64,000 nucleotides of DNA, taken from contig CAWCDG010000004.1 in NCBI GenBank assembly GCA_963794325.1, positions 1,888,001 to 1,952,000 of the forward strand, written 5' to 3'. The position numbers and the translations under genes were made by a program. The notes under the pieces were generated by a model, which worked only from the letters and a program-made list of their open reading frames with translations, ran no database searches and was not told the origin of the DNA. This DNA comes from an uncultured delta proteobacterium (GTDB lineage: Bacteria; Desulfobacterota; Binatia; Binatales; Binataceae). This document shows positions 50,606 through 58,825 of the stretch, piece by piece (positions within the stretch are counted from its first letter, which is position 1; each line of letters begins with the position of its first letter).

Positions 50606-51058
50606 GTGAATCAAATCATCGAGCAATTGGCGGGCACGCGCGCGAGCGCGGCGACCGCATTCATAACGATTATCTGTGGAGTATTGGTGGCCTCGAGCGC
50701 GTGGGCGACGCCATTCGGATCGGCCCGCGGCTCGCGCAGAGTTGAATCTCAACTCCAGCATCGTGCGCTTCAACTTGCAGCCGAACCGGCGACTGCTCCG
50801 GCGCCCGCCGAAGAGACCGACGGAGAGGATGACAAAGACGTTCCGACCAGTCAGGTCGACAAATACATCAGCGTTTACGAGTCGATGCAGAAGGATCATA
50901 ACCTGACGGTCGAGCAGGCCACTTCGAAGCAAGGGCTGACGGTCGCGCAGTTCAGATCGATCGAGGGGAAGATCGAGCGCGACGACACCTTGCGCGAGCG
51001 GGTCCGCAAGGCGCTAAGGCACGCGACCGATCCCAATGATAAAGACTCGGAGGATTAG
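50606..51058 (+). CDS. Hypothetical secreted protein (DUF4168-like)
   Basis: RBS GGAGG, signal peptide, GLTVAQF..I...D..LRERV helix pattern. Confidence 0.6.
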   Translation: MNQIIEQLAGTRASAATAFITIICGVLVASSAWATPFGSARGSRRVESQLQHRALQLAAEPATAPAPAEETDGEDDKDVPTSQVDKYISVYESMQKDHNLTVEQATSKQGLTVAQFRSIEGKIERDDTLRERVRKALRHATDPNDKDSED

Positions 51059-51080
51059 CAAAACCGAGCCGCGCCGGGTT

Positions 51081-51290
51081 GGAAGGGTAAATCACTTCAT
51101 TGAATGTGAAACCCTCCGCGGGTTTCACGCTTCCGCGGCAGGGGTGACCCCTGCACCCAGTGAGAAGCGCGAAATGTTGAGGACAACCTTTCGCTCTCAG
51201 GTTCTTGATTTTGGTGGCACAGGCTTTAGCCTGTGATTCTTTCCCTGAATTTGCAGGGACCAGAAAATCACAGGCTAAAGCCTGTGCCAC
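51081..51290 (+). repeat. Multi-hairpin repeat family A, copy 3
   Basis: GTGAAACCC-TCCGC-GGGTTTCAC; GCAGGGG-TGA-CCCCTGC; GCGAAATGTTG-AGGA-CAACCTTTCGC; REP-like pair. Confidence 0.9.
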
Positions 51291-51341
51291 CAATGCCAGC
51301 GGCCGGCCGTAACGCGGATCGGCGGTGAGGGCTCTGCGACT

Positions 51342-51652
51342 CTAATCGCTGTCGGTTTCGTCGAGCGCTGCGAGGGCTGGATCGGAATCGGAAATCACGT
51401 CGATTCGGGCGGCGGGAAGGCCCGACATCAATTCGTTGATGTTCTCCGCTATTCGATCGACGAATCGTTGTTGTCCCGCCAGTTCGTCCATCCGATTGTA
51501 GAGCACTACTATCGCGCGATCCTGGTTCGGAGCGAATTCCACATGAGCGGTATAGCCGGGCGTCGTGCCGCCATGCTCGTAGCGGCCGGATGGGCGAATG
51601 CGCCAAGCACCACTAGCCATTTGAGCGATTTGATGTAGGTCTGACGGTTCAT
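51342..51652 (-). pseudogene. Serine hydrolase (beta-lactamase-related) remnant with large internal deletion
   Basis: C-terminal HGGTTPGYTAHVEFAP..RAIVVLYN motif; signal-peptide-like MNRQTYIKSLKWLVVLGAFAHPAA just upstream in another frame. Confidence 0.6.
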
Positions 51653-51721
51653 CTGTCTGCGAAGCGGCGGGCACGGCGGCCCGCCCACTGAACACTCCAA
51701 CTTCAGACTGGCATTGCGCAC

Positions 51722-51933
51722 GTGGCACAGGCTTTAGCCTGTGGTTTTCTGATCCATGCAAATCCAGGAAAAGAATCACAGGCTAAAGCCTGTGCCACCA
51801 ATTCAAGAACCTGTGAGCAAAAGCGCGTCCTCGCCATTTTGCGATTAGCAGTGGGTGCAGGGGTCACCCCTGCTCAAGGAAGTTTGAAACCCACGGTGGG
51901 TTTCATTTTAAATTAAGTGATTTACCCCTCCCC
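51722..51933 (-). repeat. Multi-hairpin repeat family A, copy 4 (inverted relative to copy 3)
   Basis: Reverse complement aligns over the full length with copies 2 and 3. Confidence 0.9.
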
Positions 51934-51935
51934 GC

Positions 51936-52769
51936 TCACGGGTTGATTATCACAAGCGTGCCTTTGGGGAGTATCCGCACAAGTTCTTCGATGTCTTCGT
52001 CGTCCACCGAGATGCATCCGGTGGTCCAATTTATGTCGCCGCGGTTCAGCTCCGGATTGTCGGTCCCGTGGATTCCGATTCGGCCGCCGACTCCGACCGG
52101 ACGCCCGTCTGCGATCGGGACCTCGCCGCCGTCGCGCATCTGCTCGTAGCGATAACGGTCAAGCGAGTTTGGATAGTTCAGCGTCAGGAACCAATCCCAG
52201 CGGCGGCTCGGATGTTTCTCGACGATTGTGTAAACGCCCTCGGGCGTGCGCCGGTCGCCCTCCCACAGTTTCGTGCCGGGCTCGAAGCTGCGGCCGAACA
52301 CGGCGTGATAGGTCTTAAACAGCCGGCCCTTGTAGTAAACGACCAGCTGGTGATGCTTTTTGAAAATCGTCACCGACCAGTTGAGTGGATCCATAAACGC
52401 GATGTCGCGAGTCTTGTCGAACAGCAACTGGCCCGGGGTCGGCACGCGAGCGGTTCTCACGCCGTCGATTTTCACCTGCGGCAGAAGAGTGGGCGTTGGC
52501 GTCGGCGTCGGGGTTAAAGTCGCGCGAGGGTCGGGGGGCTCGGGCGTCGGCATCCCGGGATCGACGTACTGAACCTTGCGCGGATCGTAGGGTGGAGGCG
52601 GCGGCTGCATGCCGGCCTTCTCCGCGTCGCCGGCGGTGATCGGCTCATTCTGCTGTACGGCAGCGAAGGGGACTCGCGCGCGTGCGGACTGCGCAGCGCA
52701 CATCACTAATATTGCCGCGCCGACAAAAGCGGCGGCGAACGAACCAACAATCCTGCCCATCAACTTCAA
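51936..52769 (-). CDS. YkuD/L,D-transpeptidase-family protein (YafK/DpaA-like)
   Basis: Signal peptide, Pro-rich linker, EGDRRTPEGVY, LNYPN, IGIHGT...WTTGCISV. Confidence 0.88.
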   Translation of the reverse strand: MKLMGRIVGSFAAAFVGAAILVMCAAQSARARVPFAAVQQNEPITAGDAEKAGMQPPPPPYDPRKVQYVDPGMPTPEPPDPRATLTPTPTPTPTLLPQVKIDGVRTARVPTPGQLLFDKTRDIAFMDPLNWSVTIFKKHHQLVVYYKGRLFKTYHAVFGRSFEPGTKLWEGDRRTPEGVYTIVEKHPSRRWDWFLTLNYPNSLDRYRYEQMRDGGEVPIADGRPVGVGGRIGIHGTDNPELNRGDINWTTGCISVDDEDIEELVRILPKGTLVIINP

Positions 52770-52886
52770 CCAGACTCCAGCATCGCGATCACATTATCCA
52801 TTTTGTGAACGCTTGGTGCGAAGGTCAATTGTAACGTAGCGTAAATCAGAAATTTGTCGCCGAGGAACTCCGGGAGCGTTCATTCG

Positions 52887-53402
52887 ATGGATAACAATTT
52901 CGCGCGCGCAATGGCGGCGCTCACCACCGGAATATACGTTTTGACCACGCAGGAGAATGGGCGATGCCACGGGATGTCGTCGTCGTGGGTCGCGCAGGTG
53001 TCGGGAGAGCCGGTGATGCTTACGGCGGCGGTCGACAACGCACATTTCAGCAACGGCGTGATCGCTCGGACGGGCGCATTCGGATTGAACGTCGTAGGAC
53101 GGCGCGGCCGCGAGCTCGAAGATTATTTCTACTCGCCGCGCGCGCGCCGCGACAACAATCTCGATACGATCGAATACGAGTTGTCGCCGACGCTCGCGGT
53201 GCCGTGGCTGAAGCTCGCGATGATCGCTATCGAAGCGCGGGTGGTCGACAGCCGCCTAGCCGGCGATCACACAATATTCGTTGCGTCGCCGGTGGGCGTG
53301 CGGGTGAGCGCGAACGATCGGCCGCTGACGTCGCTCGATCTTGATTACGTTTATCTCGGCGGCAAGCAGGTGGTCGCGCGCGATCGTTCGGGATGGGATT
53401 AG
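52887..53402 (+). CDS. Flavin reductase family protein
   Basis: TTGIYVLT, SSWVAQVS.EP, AGDHTIFV. Confidence 0.85.
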   Translation: MDNNFARAMAALTTGIYVLTTQENGRCHGMSSSWVAQVSGEPVMLTAAVDNAHFSNGVIARTGAFGLNVVGRRGRELEDYFYSPRARRDNNLDTIEYELSPTLAVPWLKLAMIAIEARVVDSRLAGDHTIFVASPVGVRVSANDRPLTSLDLDYVYLGGKQVVARDRSGWD

Positions 53403-53425
53403 GGGGGCGGGCGGGTGGCCTGGAT

Positions 53426-53656
53426 CTAACCTCTCCTTGTCCGAGGAGAGGTCGGCGCGAGCCGTAGGCGAGCGACGGGAGTGGTGCAGCGCTGGCCGTC
53501 GCAACAACGCCCGTTGTGCTGCTGTCGAGCGGCGAACGCGTCTCTATGGATTGAGATTAGACGAGTCGAAGTTGGTGGGGTGTCTGGCGTTGTACCTCAC
53601 CCGGCGACACCGCTTCGCGGCTTTCGCCGACCTCTCCTCGGACAAGGAGAGGTTAG
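53426..53656. mobile_element. MITE-like element family B, copy 2
   Basis: CTAACCTCTCCTTGTCCGAGGAGAGGTCGGCG ... CGCCGACCTCTCCTCGGACAAGGAGAGGTTAG; internal sequence similar to 9758-9996. Confidence 0.8.
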
Positions 53657-53741
53657 GATGGGGGGCACCGCGGCATGCCCCCACTTAAGCTTTTGCGGGT
53701 GGCATTCGTTTGATAGCATCCGCGCGCGGAGAGATTTTGGA

Positions 53742-54221
53742 ATGGCAATCGAAAAGAACGAACTGCGGCGCGTGATGGGTCATTTTGCGACCGGGGTCAC
53801 CGTGATCACGTCGATTCGCGCGTCGGGCGAGCTGCATGGCCTGACTGCCAACGCGTTCACGTCGGTCTCGCTGATTCCGCCGTTGGCGCTGGTTTGTGTC
53901 GACAAGAAAGCCGAGAGCTATCCGTGCTTCGAGGAGAGCAAAATCTTCACGGTCAATGTACTGGCGTCGGACCAGGAATCGTTGTCGCGCAGGTTTGCGG
54001 TCAGCGGCGGCCAAAAATTCGAGGGCGTCAGCTACAAGATTGGCGCGAACGGCGCTCCAATCCTCGACGGCGCACTCGCCTACCTCGAGTGTAAGGTCAC
54101 GACCTCAATAGACGGCGGCGACCATACGATTTATATTGGCGAGATCGAGCAGGCCGAAACTCCGCACGAAGGCAAGCCGCTGCTGTTCTTCCGTGGCGGT
54201 TATCGCGAGCTTGGCGACTAG
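53742..54221 (+). CDS. Flavin reductase family protein (HpaC-like)
   Basis: LRRVMGHFATGVTVIT, GLTANAFTSVSL.PP, GGDHTI, PLLFFRGGY. Confidence 0.92.
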   Translation: MAIEKNELRRVMGHFATGVTVITSIRASGELHGLTANAFTSVSLIPPLALVCVDKKAESYPCFEESKIFTVNVLASDQESLSRRFAVSGGQKFEGVSYKIGANGAPILDGALAYLECKVTTSIDGGDHTIYIGEIEQAETPHEGKPLLFFRGGYRELGD

Positions 54222-54236
54222 ATCGCAAACGCAATC

Positions 54237-54962
54237 GTGAGCGCCCCGGCCCGAATCCCCGGAATCAGCGTCTTTCTGCCGTCGCATAACGAGGAAGGCA
54301 ACGTCGAGCGCGTCGCGCGATCGTGGATCGCCGAATGCCCACGCGTCGCCGGCAACTTCGAGGTGATCGTAGTTGACGACGGCAGCCGCGATCGCACCGG
54401 CGAAATCGCCGAGCGCCTCGCGGCCGAGGATTCGCACGTCAAGGTCGTACGTCATCCGGTGAATCGCGGGTATGGCGGCGCGGTGATTTCCGGCATTCGC
54501 GCATCGACTCAACCCTACGTATTGCTCTGCGACGGCGACGGTCAGTTCGATCCCGCTGACCTCGAACTGCTGACGCCGTTTGTTCCCGAGTACGACGTGG
54601 TGTGCGGACGCCGCGCGCATCGCGCGGACCATCTGATGCGCCGGGTCAACGGCAAGGCATGGACGACCCTGGTCCGCGTTCTGCTCGGAATCACGATCAC
54701 CGATATCGATTGCGGCTTTAAGCTGTTCAAACGCGAGAAACTCGACGGGATGGAACTGCGGGCGCATGGCGCGATGATCTCGACCGAGCTGATGGCGCGG
54801 CTGGCGGGGCGGAAGGCAAAGGTCAAAGAGGTCGACGTCCAGCATCTGCCGCGGCTGACCGGCGAGCAGTCGGGCGCCAATCTTAAGGTAGTCGCACGAG
54901 CGTTTAAGGAACTGATAGCGCTCTACCGCGAGCTAAGAGATGAGCGCCGAGGGCAAGGATAG
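54237..54962 (+). CDS. Glycosyltransferase family 2 (DPM synthase-like)
   Basis: PSHNEE, VDDGSRD, NRGYGGA, DGDGQ, DIDCGFKL. Confidence 0.92.
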   Translation: MSAPARIPGISVFLPSHNEEGNVERVARSWIAECPRVAGNFEVIVVDDGSRDRTGEIAERLAAEDSHVKVVRHPVNRGYGGAVISGIRASTQPYVLLCDGDGQFDPADLELLTPFVPEYDVVCGRRAHRADHLMRRVNGKAWTTLVRVLLGITITDIDCGFKLFKREKLDGMELRAHGAMISTELMARLAGRKAKVKEVDVQHLPRLTGEQSGANLKVVARAFKELIALYRELRDERRGQG

Positions 54963-55074
54963 AAGCCACGGCTCCGACGCAAAGCGGATAGACGGTAGAC
55001 CGATTGCGTCATAGCGGCGTACAAGGCGAATGAAATTCCATCAATCTTGTCTGAAGTTCTTGCCGTAACCCCGA

Positions 55075-55090
55075 TGGCACAGGTATAGCA
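55075..55090 (+). promoter_or_regulatory. Putative sigma54 (-24/-12) promoter
   Basis: TGGCAC-AGGTA-TAGCA gives GG-N10-GC spacing, ~60 bp upstream of the ATG at 55151. Confidence 0.55.
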
Positions 55091-55150
55091 ATACGTTCAA
55101 TAGTCATTGCGGCCCATTAAGGGCCGCCCAGATCAAGGAGATCCACGAGT

Positions 55151-55432
55151 ATGAAGCGCACCCTATCAATCCTCTCCGCAGCGTTCTTCGCCACCGCGAT
55201 GGCGATGCCGGCTTTCGCCCAGGCTCCGGCAGCGTCGCCTGCGGCTGAGGCCAGCATGGCGGCCCCGGCGGCAGAGGCCAGCATGGCGGCCCCGGCGGCA
55301 GATGCGTCGACGGCGACCACCAAGCATCATCACCGCCATCATCACAAGAAGACCACCAGCACCGACAGTGGTGCGATGGCTTCACCGGCGGCGGAAGCAT
55401 CGCCGGCGATGGCTCCTCCGGCCAATCCGTAA
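55151..55432 (+). CDS. Small secreted Ala/His/Lys-rich protein (acid-shock Asr-like)
   Basis: RBS AAGGAG; signal peptide ending AFA; PAAEASMAA repeats; KHHHRHHHKK. Confidence 0.75.
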   Translation: MKRTLSILSAAFFATAMAMPAFAQAPAASPAAEASMAAPAAEASMAAPAADASTATTKHHHRHHHKKTTSTDSGAMASPAAEASPAMAPPANP

Positions 55433-55451
55433 TCGTTTGACGGATAGTACG

Positions 55452-55485
55452 ACAGGGCGACCGCATCAAGCGGCCGCCCTGTTTC
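55452..55485 (+). terminator. Intrinsic terminator
   Basis: ACAGGGCG.CCGC-loop-GCGG.CGCCCTGT followed by TT. Confidence 0.6.
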
Positions 55486-55719
55486 GAATCGCCTGAAGTA
55501 GTTTTCGATCCATTCAGGGTCGGGGGGCGGAGTTGGCTCCGCCTCCGGCGATCGGTCTGTTGCGCGAAACCGGACTGTCCGGCTCGCGACGACAGGCACG
55601 ACGCCTTTTTTTCGCGCGCAGCGTTGCAAAACACGCTGCGCGTTTTTTTGTAGCGAAAATTCCTGCTAACATCTGATTTCTTCCTGCGGGTATCGCGGGC
55701 CGCAGGGGAAACCAAGAAG

Positions 55720-56433
55720 TTGTATAGCTTTCGGCGTTCGAGCATTTGTCTGGTCGCACTGATTGCGCTGGTCCTCCAGTTGCCGATCAGCGCGCGCGCC
55801 AGCGCCAAGAGCAATTCCTCCGACGAGGAGGTTTGCGATCCGTTGGCGGATTACTTCCTCGGCATGGAAGACTACCCCGAAGCCATCCGCCGCCATCGTG
55901 TGGTGATACAAGATGATCCCGGCAACGCGCTGGCGCATTATCATTTGGGATTTGCGTACGGCGTCGTCGGCGAGCATCGCCAGGAACTCGCCGAGTATCA
56001 AAAGGCGATCGATCTTGGCCTCGACGATTGGCAGTTGTTCCTGAATCTCGGCCTGCTCTATCTCGAAGGCGGTCAGACTCGCGATGCGACTCAAGTGCTG
56101 AGGCTGGCCGCGCTGCTCGGACCAGAGCGGCCGGAGACGCATTTCAATCTGGCGCTCGCATACGAGCGTCGCGGGGCACTCGCACAAGCAGAGCAGGAAG
56201 CGCTACTCTCGCTCCAGATCGATCCGAGTCAACCGGATGCGCGCAACACACTCGGCGCAATTTACGCCGAAGAGGGCAAGTACGTCAGAGCGAGCCAGGA
56301 ATGGAACGAGCTGGTTGGCGAGATTCCCGATTACACGCCGGCGCGGACCAACCTGGCGATTCTGCAACACGTCCAAAGCAGTGGCGGCTCGAAGAGCGCG
56401 GCTGAACCAAGCGCGTTTATTCGCAATCCCTGA
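55720..56433 (+). CDS. Secreted tetratricopeptide repeat protein
   Basis: Signal peptide; AHYHLG, FLNLG, THFNLA, ARNTLG TPR motifs. Confidence 0.88.
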   Translation: MYSFRRSSICLVALIALVLQLPISARASAKSNSSDEEVCDPLADYFLGMEDYPEAIRRHRVVIQDDPGNALAHYHLGFAYGVVGEHRQELAEYQKAIDLGLDDWQLFLNLGLLYLEGGQTRDATQVLRLAALLGPERPETHFNLALAYERRGALAQAEQEALLSLQIDPSQPDARNTLGAIYAEEGKYVRASQEWNELVGEIPDYTPARTNLAILQHVQSSGGSKSAAEPSAFIRNP

Positions 56434-56470
56434 GCGCGGCGAATCGGACTAAGGCGGACGACCAAGGCAG

Positions 56471-57781
56471 GTGGCGGAATTGGGGAAGTGGTGGAATTTG
56501 TGCGGGTGGATACGGGGGTTGGTTAATTTGAAATCTACAAACTGGATCGCCCTGGCAGCGATGTTGAGCGTAGCGGTTTTGCTCGCGGCTGCGCCGGCGG
56601 ATGCGACGGCGCAATGGCGCCGGGTGCATAAGAGCACTCATTCGAAGCATGCGGCCAGGGCGGCAACTTCCGGCGGGGCTAACTACAAGGGCGCGCTGCT
56701 CGAGGATGCGGACAGCGGCCGCGTGCTGATGGCCTACAACGCCGATATGGAATGGCCGCCGGCCTCGATGGCCAAGATGATGAATCTGCTGATCGCGCAG
56801 GAGCAGATCAACGCGGGCCATTTCAGCGGCAATGACCCGGTCAGGATTTCTGAACGCGCCGCGCATACCGGCGGCTCGCGGGTCGGCCTCAAGGAGGGCG
56901 ACGTTTATCCACTGCGCGAACTGATGAAGGCGGCGTTGGTAAAATCGGCCAACGATGCCGCCGTCGCCGTCGCGGAGAAGATCGGCGGCTCAGTCGAGGC
57001 GATGGTGCGCATGATGAATCAGCGGGCGCATCAACTCGGCATGAACCATACCGAGTATCAGACGGTCGACGGACTGCCGCCGCGTCCGACTCACGATGCG
57101 GATCGCACGACCGCCTACGACCTTGCGATTGTAGGCCGCGCGATAATCCGCGAGACCAACCTGCTGATGTGGTCCGGTCAGGAGCACATGGATTTCGACA
57201 ACGGCGTCTGCATCCTGAACAACACCAATCATCTGATCGGGCATTTCGAAGGATGCGACGGGCTCAAGACCGGGTTTACGTACCAAGCGGGATTCAATGT
57301 TACGACCACGGCCAAGCGCGGCGACATGCGGTTGATCGCGGTGATTCTTGGCGCGCCGTCGAATGCGCAGCGTTTTGCGCAGGCGGCGAAACTGATGGAA
57401 TGGGGCTTCGATCGATTCACCTCGGTGGCGCTGCTGAAGTCGGGCCAGCCGCTTCCGGTTCACGTGCAGGTTCATGAGGGTCCGCTCATTCAGCCGGTCG
57501 CGGCGAGCGATCTCAAGATGGTGGTGCCGAAGTCCGACGCTGCCGCGGTAAAGCTCGTCTACGATGTAGCCCCGGCGATCGACGGCCCGGTCACGACCGG
57601 CGAACCGTTAGGGCGAGTGATCGCGCAGGACGAGGGACAAGCAGCAACCGAAGTGGTGGCAATCAGCCCGATCGCATTCACCGCACCGCACACATTAGGG
57701 GGCGAGGCGTATAACGCGTCCGCGCCGCCGTCGAACGATCCGAGTCAGCAGTCGAACGATCCACCCCAGGAGAAACAATGA
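56471..57781 (+). CDS. D-alanyl-D-alanine carboxypeptidase (peptidase S11); true start may be slightly downstream
   Basis: PASMAK (SxxK), KSAND (SxN), LKTGFT (KTG). Confidence 0.92.
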   Translation: MAELGKWWNLCGWIRGLVNLKSTNWIALAAMLSVAVLLAAAPADATAQWRRVHKSTHSKHAARAATSGGANYKGALLEDADSGRVLMAYNADMEWPPASMAKMMNLLIAQEQINAGHFSGNDPVRISERAAHTGGSRVGLKEGDVYPLRELMKAALVKSANDAAVAVAEKIGGSVEAMVRMMNQRAHQLGMNHTEYQTVDGLPPRPTHDADRTTAYDLAIVGRAIIRETNLLMWSGQEHMDFDNGVCILNNTNHLIGHFEGCDGLKTGFTYQAGFNVTTTAKRGDMRLIAVILGAPSNAQRFAQAAKLMEWGFDRFTSVALLKSGQPLPVHVQVHEGPLIQPVAASDLKMVVPKSDAAAVKLVYDVAPAIDGPVTTGEPLGRVIAQDEGQAATEVVAISPIAFTAPHTLGGEAYNASAPPSNDPSQQSNDPPQEKQ

Positions 57782-57903
57782 AGGTAGCCTCGAAACAGAG
57801 AAACCGGCGCAATCGCAAACTGGCGCGTAAGAAAAAGAGCGATCCGCATCAGGCAAAATCCCGGTTGCGGAAGATGCGGCGCACGAGAATCCGCGGCAAG
57901 TAG
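57778..57903 (+). CDS. Unannotated 41-aa very basic small protein
   Basis: AGGAG RBS; ATG overlaps the carboxypeptidase TGA (ATGA); MKVASKQRNRRNRKLARKKKSDPHQAKSRLRKMRRTRIRGK*. Confidence 0.65.
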   Translation: MKVASKQRNRRNRKLARKKKSDPHQAKSRLRKMRRTRIRGK

Positions 57904-57987
57904 TTTCGCGCGAGCGTTTGCGATATGGCTTTGATGGGCGGCTCTTTCGGGCCGCTCGTTCATTTGTGATGAGCGAAACCTCCAGCC

Positions 57988-58788
57988 ATGTTTACACCTC
58001 AGCAGCGCGAAGAATTCGATCGGTCGGGCATCGTGCGCGTCCCTGGCGCGATTGCGTCCCGCGATGCTGCGAAGATGTGCGACCGGGTCTGGGACACCCT
58101 CGGCCGGCGATTCAAGATCCGCAGAGATGACCCTGGTACCTGGGGTGCTCGGCGGGTAGCCGGCTTTCATGATTTGTCGAAGGCTGAGAACTTCGCAGAA
58201 ATCGCCAGTCCGGTGATTTGCGAGGCGCTCGATAACCTCATGGGGGAGCGCAACTGGCAAAGGCCGGAACGATGGGCCTCTCTGCTCGTCACCTTCCCCG
58301 TATCCACCGAGCGATGGGACGTTCCTCATAAGGCTTGGCATCTGGATTTTCCGGCGCCGTCGCACGTGCAAGAACTCTTCGCCGTGCGGATCTTCGTGTG
58401 CTTGGCAAAGTTGCGGCCGGCAGGCGGAGGCACGCTCTTTCTCGAGGGATCGCATCGGCTCGTGCAGGATCTTGCGGACAAGGAAACGGCCGGGAAACTG
58501 CGATCGGCCGAGGCGCGCGAGGGCCTGATTCGCAATTATCCGTGGGTGAAGGGACTGTGCTCTTTCGATGAGAAGGTCGATCGCGTGCAGGAGTTCATTA
58601 AAGGTGGCGCCGAGATCGGCGACGTCAATGTTCGCGTGATCGAGATGACGGGCGAAGCGGGCGACGTCTTCATGACGCATCCGCTGATGCTGCACGCGGG
58701 ATCGACGAACTGCGCGCAGGATCCGCGCCTGGTGTTGTCGAGCACAGTGTATCGCTCAGGAGTAAGCGTGCCCGCGCTTTACCAATAG
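57988..58788 (+). CDS. Phytanoyl-CoA dioxygenase (PhyH)-family Fe(II)/2OG oxygenase
   Basis: WHLD (HxD), GGGT...GSH, GEAGDV, LMLH. Confidence 0.85.
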   Translation: MFTPQQREEFDRSGIVRVPGAIASRDAAKMCDRVWDTLGRRFKIRRDDPGTWGARRVAGFHDLSKAENFAEIASPVICEALDNLMGERNWQRPERWASLLVTFPVSTERWDVPHKAWHLDFPAPSHVQELFAVRIFVCLAKLRPAGGGTLFLEGSHRLVQDLADKETAGKLRSAEAREGLIRNYPWVKGLCSFDEKVDRVQEFIKGGAEIGDVNVRVIEMTGEAGDVFMTHPLMLHAGSTNCAQDPRLVLSSTVYRSGVSVPALYQ

Positions 58789-58825
58789 CGGCGGCGAGTC
58801 TTGAGCGGAGCAATTCGCTGGTGGC

